Below the pieces are notes generated by a model. It was given only the letters and a program-made list of their open reading frames with translations, did no database searches and was not told where the DNA came from. Positions 35,301 to 46,803 of a stretch of 64,000 nt of DNA are shown piece by piece. The position numbers and the translations under genes are program-made. Origin of the DNA: Azolla caroliniana (lineage: Eukaryota; Plantae; Polypodiophyta); NCBI GenBank assembly GCA_043228905.1, contig JBHGNT010000008.1, positions 14,818,001 to 14,882,000 of the forward strand. Direction: 5' to 3'. Every line of letters starts with the position of its first letter. Positions within the stretch are counted from its first letter, which is position 1.

Positions 35301-38300
35301 GCAAAAAGAAGGGTCATACAAAAGATCAATGTCGAAAGCTCCAACGGAAAGAGCACGACAACAAAGCTAAAGCTGCAGACCATAAAGGTCAGATTCCTAA
35401 TGTCCTTCAGGTCTATACACATCATTTAAGTAATTGTCAATGTTCTTTCCCTCACTATGTATTGGGTCCCAATGATTTACTACGTGCAAACGGGTATATC
35501 AATGGATCTCCCGTACAATTTTTATTTGATTCGGGAAGCTCACACAATTTTGTGAATGATCGTTTGGTTCAGATATGGGGAATCCAACCCACCGTAAGTG
35601 ATCACACCTACACGGTGCACTTGGCTGATGGAAGAGTACAATACATCAACGGGGCGATTCATTCATTAGGAATTTCTATTGATACTTATATAGAGGAAGT
35701 AGACTTCCATGTAATGAATCTTTGTACCACCGATGTAATACTGGGTTATCCCTGGTTTTATAATAAAAACTCTTCTTTATTTATTGATTGGGTTCGACAT
35801 TCCATTTCTTTTGTACTGAACGATTGTACGCATTTTATTCAATGTGTAAAAAAACAATCCCTCTCGATTGTTTCCTCGTGTCCATCAATATCCGAGTTGT
35901 CTTGTTCTACGTTATTTTATTGTGTACTTGATCCGGACATTCACGTTTACAATATCGATAATGTCCCGATTCAATTAACATATTTTGAACAACAACAACT
36001 TGATGAAATCTTAAATGATTTTCATGATGTTTTTCCAAGTGAACTACCTGATGGGTTACCTCCTAAACGTAATATAGACCATCGTATAGATATTGTACCT
36101 GGTGTTGCACCAATAAGTATACCTCCGTATCGCTTAAGTCGATCCGAAGAAGATGAGGTATCTAAGCAACTCAAGGACTATTTACGAATGGGTTATATAC
36201 GTTATAGTAAATCTCCATGGGGTGCACCAGTTCTCTTGGTTAAAAAGAAAGAGGGCACATGGCGTATGTGTATTAATTACCGACGCTTGAATAAAGTGAC
36301 GATCAAGAATTCGTATCCATTGCCCCGGGCTGACGATCTAATTGACCGTCTCCAGGGAGCTCGGTATTTTACGAAACTTGATCTCCGTACTGGCTACCAT
36401 CAAATACGAATAAGTGAGGACGATGTTCCTAAAACGGCATTTCGTACGCGCTATGGCCATTACGAGTTTTTGGTTATGCCTTTTGGTTTGACCAATGCTC
36501 CGGCTACTTTTCAACAAGAAATGAATGACATTTTCCGAGAACAACTTGGAAAATTTGTCGTTATTTTCTTGGATGATATTTTAGTTTATAGCCGTACATT
36601 ACAAGAACATGCTAGACATGTCCGCTTTGTTTTACAAACATTGCGTGACAAACAGTTTTATGCGAAGATCTCAAAATGTGAGTTCTTCAAGAAATCAATT
36701 ACTTATCTAGGACATCTCATAACCGAACGAGGAGTTGAAATTGATCCTTCTCGCATTGAGAAAATCAAGCTTTGGCCCACTCTTCGGAATATTCGAGAAG
36801 TTCGATCATTCCTTGGTTTTGTGGGGTTTTTGCGAAAGTCTCTTCGTAATTACTCCCAATTGACGACGCCGTTTACTGATCTTTTAAAAGGTCAAACTCG
36901 TAAGTCTACAAAACCTATTGTGTGGAATGCTACACTAGACCTTGCCTTTAAGGAACTCAAGGACCTGGTTTGCAAGGCTCCGTCACTTCTTTTACCCGAT
37001 CCTTCAAAACCTTTTGAGGTTGAAACCGATGCCAGCGATTACGCTATAGGTGCTGTCTTGTATCAAGATGGTAAACCAATAGCATTCGAGAGTAAGAAAC
37101 TTGATTCTGCTCAATGTCGGTATACCGTTCAAGAAAAGGAATTATTTGCAGTTATACATGCGCTCAAAACATGGCGCCATTATCTTTATGGAAATCACTT
37201 TGTGGTAACTACGGATCACGAGTCCTTGAAATATTTTTGTGACCAACAAGACCTGAAAGGTCGTAAGGCACGATGGGCTGATCTCATCCAGGACTTTGAT
37301 TTTTCCATACGATATCGTAAAGGTTCCATGAACATTGTCGCTGATGCACTAAGTCGCATTCGTGAAGTTAACACGCTTAGCTTCACTGCAATATCATCAG
37401 ATCTTTATGATCACCTTCGAGGAAAGTATCCTGATGACAGTTATTTCGCAAAATACTGGGCAAGAGTTGAGTCTGGAACAGACACCACCACATCCTCGAA
37501 GGAATACTTCCACATTGCTAACGGTTTGCTCTACCGAAATGGGAAGGTTTGTGTTCCAGATTTAACCGAGGTCAAAAAGAGGATTCTTTTTTAATGCCAT
37601 GATGCACCCTCAGCAGGGCACCCTGGAATACATCGTACACTCCTTCTCATCTCCACTCAATTTTATTGGCCTAAGATGCGTCTTGACATACATAGCTATG
37701 TGACTAAATGTCACCAGTGTCAGGTTAACAAAGCCGAGCGACTTAAAGCCGCAGGACTTTTACATCCCTTGGACATTCCCAATAATAAGTGGGAAAGTAT
37801 ACCCATGGATTTTATTGTTAGCCTTCCTCGCACCCAAAAAGGTCATGATGCCATCTGGGTTGTCGTTGATCGACTAACTAAAATGGCCAGATTTATTGCT
37901 ACTAAAACCACGGTAACAGCTCCTGAATTGGCTTACCAATTCGTTGACGAATTGTTTCGTTTTTATGGGTTACCGATGGATATCGTGAGTGATCGAGATC
38001 CAAAGTTTACTAGTGACTTCTGGACACAAGTCTTTAAGAAGTTAGAAACTACGTTGAGCATGAGCTCCACGGATCATCCTCAATCCGATGCACAGACAGA
38101 ACGAGTAAATCAAATTATTGAGGACGTGCTTCGAGCATACGTTGGTGCAAAACCAACAAAATGGGAACGTTATCTCCCAATTTTGGAGTTTGCTTATAAC
38201 AGCTCCAAGCATACGTCGACGGGATATAGTCCTTTTATGTTGATGTATGGTTTTCAGCCACGAGCCCCGATTGATGTTACTATACATCATGATGAGTTGC

Positions 38301-39328
38301 GAAGTACGCAAAACTTTCTTCGGGATATGCAAGATATGTTGCATATTGCACGAGATAATATAAAAACAGCTCAAGATAGAGCGCGTTTTTATGCCGATCA
38401 TCATAGGCAACCTCGTGTATTCAACCCTGGACAGCAGGTATTTTTACGTGTACCTCACAATTCTAAGACATTGTCTACGGGTAAGTGCGCTAAGTTAGCC
38501 CCACGGTTTTGTGGACCTTTTACAGTCCTCAAACGCATTGGGTCATCAGCCTATCGTCTCGCTCTTCCCGATGGTGTCGGAATTCATCCAGTCTTTCATG
38601 TGAGTCGTCTAAAAGAACTTCTAGGTTCTGGCGACAATACAGTTACGACTGAAACTCTGGTTACTTCTGAAGAATTATCTTCTAAACCACATGTACCAGA
38701 AAGAATTCTCGATGTTAAAACAAAACAATTACGTACTAAAGAAATCCGAGAATTTAAAATAAAATGGCTGGATAAATCAATAAAAGATGCCACATGGGAA
38801 CGCGAAACTACTCTTAGAACTAACTTCCCTAACTTTCCATTGCAAGAGTGCAATGTTTTAAAGAGGGGGAGTATGTTACGAGCATGACCATATAATATCC
38901 CGTGGTAAGAATTTACCGTAGTATTCTATACACGTGGATAAGTGTGAGGGTTAAACGAGAGTGTAAAGAAGGGGAGGATTACTTTTAATCCTCGGGATTG
39001 AGACAACCCATTAGGTCAAGTGTGAACTTGCCTGGGGGCCTTGGGTATCGCTATAAATAAGAGGCCTAGCTACCCTCATTTGATCATCTTTTGACTACAT
39101 CGAGACTCTGCTCGTGTGGTGGGTCAACTCTTGTAGCGAGCGCGCCAGCACCAGGTACGACTCGACGCCACGGCGGTGGTATGGGACGCCGATCGAGGCT
39201 CGAGTCCGTCTCGATCCCTTCGCTCGGGGGTGGTCGGGTGGATCGGCACCCTTCTTTCTCTTTCTCCTTTCTATCTATGTTTTCATTATCCTTATCTTAA
39301 GCTTACATTAGTACTATGATCTATAATA
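32311..39328 (+). mobile_element. Near-intact chromovirus (Gypsy) nested in the Copia integrase, TSD ACAAG
   Basis: 455-bp LTRs 32311-32765 and 38874-39328 (~3 mismatches). ACAAG at 32306-32310 and 39329-39333. PBS TGGTATCAGA at 32768. PPT AAAGAGGGGGAG. Confidence 0.97.
34454..38887 (+). CDS. gag-pol: Single-frame gag-pol (gag, PR, RT, RH, INT, chromodomain) with one premature TAA at 37592-37594
   Basis: [69 protein letters not shown] and PERILD..FKIKW..DATWE. Confidence 0.95.
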
Positions 39329-42300
39329 ACAAGTGCTATAACCCTTTAACTCGAAAATCTCGAGTAAGTCGAGACATCGTTTTTGACGAGTCCGCATCCT
39401 GGTACGCACCAAAGACGACTCCGACTCCGACTCCGCTTGACCCGGAATCCGCCGAACAAGAGATAGAGGATGAAGATCACCTTACGCGCATGTTCGAAGA
39501 AAGTCCGATCAGTTCCCGACTCAGCGGACCATACTTAGAGCCTTTGAGCGATCAAAGCACATCACGGCCTAGCCCGAAGATGGAGAAAGGCAAGGCGAAA
39601 ATGTTGGAATACGAAGACGATCGCTTCAATGACGATGAGTCGACTCACTCACTCGACAGTGAGTTCAACGGCTTCAATGTACCAATCAGAGCTAAGAAAG
39701 CCCTCATCTCTGCAAATGAAAAGCTCTGTTGCTCCACCTGTGAAATGAATCCGGTCAGCCGATTCGGCTACAACGACTACATGGCATATCACTATGCCTT
39801 TATGATTGAGGTGGTGACAGTACGCGAGCCAGAAACTTTTTTCGAAGCTGCCAAGGATCCGCGATGGATTGAAGCCATGAACGAGGAGATGCAGACACTA
39901 CGCAAGAACGAGACGTGGGATTTCGTTCCCACCTCACCACACAAAAAGGCGATCGGATGCAGATGGATCTACAAAGTGAAGTACAATGTTGACACTACAA
40001 AGCACGACTCGTAGTGAAAGGCTACGCCCAAACGCACGGAGTCGACTACGAGAAGACCTTTGCCCCGGTGGCAAAGATGACGACGGTACGGACCGTAATT
40101 GCGCTTGCCACGGCGAAAGGGTGGCACCTCCATCAAATGGATGTCAAGAACGCCTTTCTACAAGGCGAATTGGAAGAGGAGGTGTACATGATACAACCAC
40201 CCAGCTTCAACTCAAGCACCCATCCGAAAGCTATATGCCAACTCCAGAAGCCACTCTACGGCCTCAAGCAAGCACTGCGTGCTTGGCATTCGAAGATAAC
40301 GCAATATCTTCATCAAATCGGCTTCCGTATGTCAAAATAGGACAAGTCCCTCTACATATGAAGCAATTCCGCCAGTCCGATCGTCATCATCTTATATGTG
40401 GATGACCTATTCATTGGAGGTGAGTGTCTCGTCGAACTCAATAAGGTCAAATCCCTCCTTTCCGACAAGTTCGAGATGACGGACATGAAGGAGCTCCACT
40501 ACTTCCTCGGCATCGAGGTAATTTGGACTACGGCCGGAATCATGATCTCTCAATGGCTTTACGTCCTCAACTTGTTATACAAGTTCGGGATGGTTGAGTG
40601 CAAATCCGTGGCAAACCCGCTCGATCGCAATCTCAAACTAGATGCGAACTCCGGCACCAAAGCGTGTGAGCCGACTTAGTATCGACAACTCATCGGGAGT
40701 CTCATCTACCTCACGATCACTCGAACCGATCTCAGTTATCCGGTCGGTCTCCTTAGCCAATTCATGCAAACACCGTGTGATACTCACTTGGAGTGCGCTA
40801 AGTGAGTTCTACGATACGTGAGCGGCACAATGGATTGCGGCATCCTCTACAAGACCGCCATGCCAATACGACTCGAGGGGTACACAGACGCCGATTGGGC
40901 CGGCTAAAAAGCCGATAGAAGATCAACCTCCGGATTTGTTTTCTTCCTCAGCAGCGGAGCAATATCCTGGAGCAGCAAAAAGAAACCAACCATCACTCTT
41001 TCGAGCACAGAGGTGGAATACAGGGGCGCGACAGTGGCCGCATGTCAAGTTGTATGGCTCAAAAGGATACTCAAGGATTTGGGCGTGCCCATCAAGGATC
41101 CGACTTCCCTTTACTGCGACAACATGAGCAGTATCTATCTGGTTCGGAACCCGGTGTTCCACGCGCGGACAAAGCACATCGAAGTGCACTATCACTTCAT
41201 CCGAGAGAGCGTTCTAGCTGGCGATATCGACCTACAACACATTAGCGCAAATCTTCAAACGGCCGACATCTTCACTAAAGCCTTAGGAGCCGACAAGCTA
41301 TGGCAATTCATGAACGATCTCGAATTGATTATCCCTGACCTGCCAACCTTGAGGGGGAGTATTGAAGACACTACGCAATAACGCGTAGATTCCGCAATCG
41401 CGCACTACGCAATAACGCGTGGATTCCGTAACCACGCAACGAAGCCGTGAAGAAAGACGCAAGCCGAAGCATAGACTTTGCAACTACGCACAACGCAAGC
41501 TGGAGCACGGATTCCACAACTCCGCATAAAGCGAGTCGACGCGGACTTCGGAACGCGAGTCGAAGCGGATTTCAGATACCGTCTGAAACCGACCCGACTT
41601 TGAGCTTGAGGGGGCGTGTTGAGAATCAAGCTCAACTTGGTCTAGTGTGTGAACTCACCTTGAGAGTGAATAGACACTCCAACGGTCAAGAGTCCCTATT
41701 AAGTCACCACTTTGTATTCTAGCATTTAGTATGAGTCATAGAATCATATTCTATGACACATAACTTATGAGCTTTCACATTCCCCATGCTCCATGAGTCT
41801 TGTAGTTAATGAAGAGAGAGGGTGACTATTTAAAGCACACTCCTCCCACCTTGTATTATGTTGAGTCTTTCTCTTTGTTTATATAATCTACCTTGCATAT
41901 ACTCTATGTCTTACTCCTTGTCTCTCTCACTCTCTCTCTCTCTCTCATACACACACAGTTCACACCTATTCCGCTACACAAGAATCATACCCGATTCTTT
42001 ACATAAATGTAGAAGAAGACAAATCAAAGGGTGTTGATTTCTATATATTGAAGTGCATGGTTCGTAAACAATGTGCAACGCAGAATATTGTAGATGATTG
42101 GGGAAATTTTGTATCTGCCGGGACATTCTACATTGAAGTTATTTTTTATGCAAGACTAGATTATTACGATTATGTGTATAGGCTTTTAGAAGACAAATCA
42201 GTAGAGTACATGTACTCTCATTTGGTCAGGTGCATCAACGTCCCAATGTCACAATACAATAGCTACTCAGATTTATACACAGTTAGTGCTAATGTGTATG

Positions 42301-44157
42301 AATGTATTTACAACAGTATGCCATTGAATTTGTAGCTACAAGGAGATCATACCAGTTTTCTTGTAAAGTGGACAAAGTAGTTGTATTGCAGAAAAAGAGT
42401 TTAATAAAATCGTTTGGGAGTCTTTTTCTATTCTTGTTTCTTAATAAAATCATGTCTGTTAAATGTGTATTGATTACAGTCAGTTTTACTTATTGCAACT
42501 TTGAGTTTTAGTGTCTGTTCAATGTGCATAATGATGATTATACTGGTTGGAATATATTTTGGCAATGGTTTTTTTACTCTTAAGTGAACCATGTACAAGT
42601 TCAAACAGTTTGCCATTCTGAGAACAACCAGCAGCATGAAATCAGAAATCAAATTATGACCTACTTTAACATTACATAGTTACTAGATAATTTACTTAAA
42701 ACAAGCGATTTAATTCTTCATTGATTAATCAGTCATCAAATTACATATTTATAATACACCATTGGCAATGTCTACAAAGCGCCTATAAATAGCTGAGGTC
42801 TTGGTGGGCAGTCAAACTTCTCTACATATGTGATCTGCATACTGAGCTCGGTATAGTGTATAGAACCATGCAGTTAGTTGGCAGCTCAATGTTTTCACCA
42901 AGTAGTTATCATGCATTTCATCGGGTACAATGAGACAACATCTGTGAAGGTTGTAGAAATGCCGGAAATGTTCTATATCCACAATCAATGTATTGTCGGC
43001 ATTTTATTCGGGCAAGGTATATCCCAAAAATCAGAAAGTCTTTTGAATCATGCAATATCCTGCTACTCACATCTTTCTCGTGTCCATTGACCCTTGAAGT
43101 GTTGTCGCCACTTTAGGAAGAATCTTTCTACACACTTCCAAACATATGAAATGGGTTTTTCACTCCAAATAAACAAATCAAAGTATTGCACAACCCACTC
43201 TAGAAATTGATTCGCGGCCCTCCTTGGTGATATATATCGCACACTCATCAGGACTTTATCAAGTTCCAAGATCAAGGCTCTTCTTTTGTCTTCTAATGGT
43301 TTAGGTTTCCATTCCTGCAACTGAGCCTCTCTTACCACAAGTATTGGTAGCACACAATCAATTTCGATCAATTCGTGTTCTATCGACACAATTGGTGTCC
43401 TTTTCCTCTTCAAATCCCTGGTCGACTATGTCTTTGGGTTTGGCTTCACCTTGTTTTGCTCTTGTGTAGTCATTGGGCCTAGCTTCACACTATTTTGTTT
43501 TTGTATAATCGACCATGTCATCAGTCCTGGCATTACCTCTCTGCATGTAGATACTTCTCTGGTCGATATCAGCCCACTCGTATCACATGATGCATCTACC
43601 TGCAAAATCAAATCATCTAAACACGCAGCAACATCAACCGTTTCCACACTGCCATTGGCCTTAGGAGCAATAGATTCAAACCCTTTAGACTCTGCAACAT
43701 CAGAAACCACCAACATATTCACAGTCACAAAGTGGCTAACAGTCTCACAAAACAACATAATGAACATGAAATATTCTGCACCAAATAATAATATTATCTT
43801 AATATCCATCATAGAGTTCCATTACGTAATGTGGATCAAGCAACAACCAATAAGAGGTGTTAGTTGTCCAAATAGACCATAGGAAATCTTCATAATTTTC
43901 TAGGAAAATAGCTAACAATCATATCCCACTAATCACTAATTGGTAGTAATTAGCTCCAATTCAAGAGCCCCTTGATCGAGTAACTAGTCTTGTCCCCGAT
44001 TGTGGCCCCTTCTTCAGCCTTTTTCTAGCCGGTTGTCCATTTAGCCTTGCTTCTTTCACCCATTGCGCAAGTGTGTCCTCCTCCGACAACCTTTCCATCG
44101 CCTTAGCAACGGCTTGCACATCAGCCATGTCTTGCGATAGCTTTTCAAGTACAGTGA

Positions 44158-45200
44158 GCTATTCTTCCTAACTATGGCAGTAGCTAATTAGCTACCACTC
44201 TTGATACTTCTTAGCTAATTAGCTATATCTTACCTAATTAGCTACTAGACTATAGGTTGGCAGTAGCTAATTAGGTACCACTTAGCTAATTAGCTACATC
44301 CTAGCTAATTTGCTACATCTTAGCTAATTAGCAATTCTTCCTAGCTATGGTAGTACCTAATTAGCTACCACTCTTGATACTACTTAGCTAATTAGCTGCT
44401 AGACTATAGGTTGGCAGTACCTAATTAGCTACCGCTTAGCTAATTAGATACATTGTAGCGAATTAGTTGCTACACTATAGGCTGCAATAGCTAATTAGCT
44501 ATTGTATCTTAGCTAATTAGCTAGTTAAGTATGGTAGGAGCTAATTAGCTACATCCTAGCTAATTAACTGATAGACTATAGAATGGGAGTAACTAATTAG
44601 CTATAACTTAGCTAATTAGCTAATCTTCTTAACTATGGCAGTAGTTAATTAGCTACCACTCTTGATACTGCTAACTAATTAGCTGTTGACTCTAGATTAG
44701 GAATAGCTAATTAGCTATATCGAAGCTAATTAGCTATTCTACTTAAGTGTGGTAGTAGCTAATTAGCTACCACTTAGCTAATTAGCTACATTGTAGCTAA
44801 TTCTCTTCTATACTATAGGATGTTGTAGCTAATTAGCTTTTCTACTTAATTATGATAGTAGCTAATTAGGTATTCTTCTTAACTATGGCAGTAGCTAATT
44901 AGCTACCACTTTTGATACTGCTTAGCTAATTAGCTGTTAGACTATAGATTTGCAATAGCTAATTAGCTGTTAGACCATAGATTTGTAGTAGCTAATTAGC
45001 TACATCTTGGCTAATTAGCTAATACGTAGGTTGTAGCTAATTAGATACTACACTACTGAACCATAACAACTAAGTAGCTACCACACTTTATACGGCTTAG
45101 ATAATTAGCTGCAACACTACTGAACCATAACAACTAAGTAGCTACCACACTTTATACAGCTTAGCTAATTAGCTAAAATGTAACTAATTAGCTACTACAC
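44158..45200. repeat. Second intronic array of TAGCTAATTAGCTA
   Basis: Dozens of motif copies with different spacers (ccactcttgatac, gactatagg). Bounded by a minus-strand CAG|GTAA donor at ~45225. Confidence 0.95.
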
Positions 45201-46803
45201 TATAGAGCCAAGCAACAATTTTACCTGTAAGTTTTCTTCACTCATCTGGGAGAGCTATATTGCAATCCCCCAAACAGACTATAGCAATGTGAAAGGCATA
45301 TTGAAAACAAACGATATGGTATGTATCGTGGCATGGTCGTAGGGGTACCAACAGAGTAGTAGTTTTGTCCTCTACGCCTAAGCCGCAAGCGATGCAACGT
45401 GTTTGAATAGTCAATATATCATTGCTTGGTTCTCCTTCATTTCGTAAGGGAGCAAGAATGTTGGGGTCCAAGTCTTGTCAACTCTTTACGATCCCCTCCA
45501 CAAAATGTAGATGCTTCTTAAGGCAACTAACTACTTGTTGTTGACGGGAGTATTGTTCCTAGAACGCAGCCAAGAAATTACCGATTTATCACTCCTCAAT
45601 GAGGAAGATAGAACAACAAGAAATAAGAATCATTAACTTGCTTGGAGGTTCTGCAAATTGTAATCACCGATAGTATTTACATCCAGAAGGTCCAGGTTCA
45701 TTGAAAGAACTTGGATCTCTGTCAACAGTTGTATTTTCCGTTGGGGATCCAACGACCCCTCAATTTCGAGCACATGTTGAGCAACTTGTTCCAGATAATG
45801 CATGACTAAGCACATCTTCATGTACAAGTTATTTATAACATGTTACATACTAGCAAAAAAATAGTTACCTGAATCTTATTTTTTATTGTTGTCACGACAA
45901 AAGTGACTTTGCTCTCCATCGCAGCAGCCAATGTTGCTTTATCTAAATCAGTCTTTGTTGCCTCGAATATCTCACCGGCTTCATGGACATTTTTCAACAT
46001 ATAGCTAATCAATGTCTCACCTGTATCATCGACATTGGATTTCATTGTGTTTCGATGTGGTGTATAATTGCGGGTTTGTTGGAAGTCAACAGTTGCATCA
46101 TCAAACTATCATGCTCCAGAATCTTGCCATTTTTTGTTGCAAGCTCCCCATCATCCATCATCATTCTACTGATGCCTCACCATAAATAGCACAGGCTACC
46201 TTGTACATTTCAAGGTTCCTTGCTTCCTTCCTTGTTTTGTAATACTCATATGCAAAAGCTCTCGCGAACGCAACGGACAACTCGTTGTTGATCGGGATCT
46301 CTTGATGTACTTTCTGGTGTAGCCTCATGCAATTGTCATACAACTCCGGTCGTACATGCTTGAGCTTCACCATGCCTTTCACTCTGGGCACTTTATAGAC
46401 TAACAACTAGTCTACATCACTAATTGTAGAAAGCAACGTGCGGAAGCAAGTATGAAGACTGAACAGAAGGAAGGAAACTCAGGTTCAATGGAGAGGTTGA
46501 GCTTACACGGTATACGCGGGAGAGACAGAGAGAAGACACAAAAAGCTATATTAAACAATAATACTTAGTCTGTACATAAGACGTGCTTAGTGAACATTTT
46601 TATACAAGTCCTAGAAGGACTGACCGAAGTACTGACAGTACTTCAATGCTCATCAAGAGCTCCTACACTAACTCCCAAATATATTCCTCATGGAATATCT
46701 TTCCTAACGACCTCCCGGTGTACGCACTCGGCCTAACCGATCGGTCCCAACCGATCCGGTCCTCGGCTTCTTCAGCCGAACCGGCCGATGTTGAGCTTGT
46801 CTC

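Larger units (their letters stand above)
29981..41381 (+). pseudogene. gag-pol: Copia gag-pol (29981-32310 plus 39334-41381) with multiple frameshifts and stops
   Basis: KLDRNNFASW, WFVNSGASNHMT, LWHKRIGH, CEACQFGK, FIDDFSR, LRSDGGKEY, QQNGVAERKNR, QMDVKNAFLQG, YVDD, RTKHIEVHYHF, TADIFTK. Confidence 0.95.
29426..42003 (+). mobile_element. Full-length Copia LTR retrotransposon, TSD TAAAT, interrupted by a chromovirus
   Basis: LTRs 29426-29815 and 41617-42003 (TG...CA, roughly a dozen differences). TAAAT at 29421-29425 and 42004-42008. PBS TGGTATTAGAGC at 29816. PPT GAGGGGGCG precedes 41617. Confidence 0.97.
25320..42335 (+). pseudogene. Sola2-like DDD transposase pseudogene (exons ~25320-25905, 27921-29425, 42009-42335)
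   Basis: FKRMHP..FESLKPHFVR, VVDFIENYTFK..NKIQSMHW..QVTIFVH (~28590-28683), DD.KHDTLFVQH, WSNGATSQ, WNFFGSDHGKGEHDGAG, RELTCFCFHC. The frame continues across the Copia TSD (NNFVVN|VEEDK). Confidence 0.8.
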
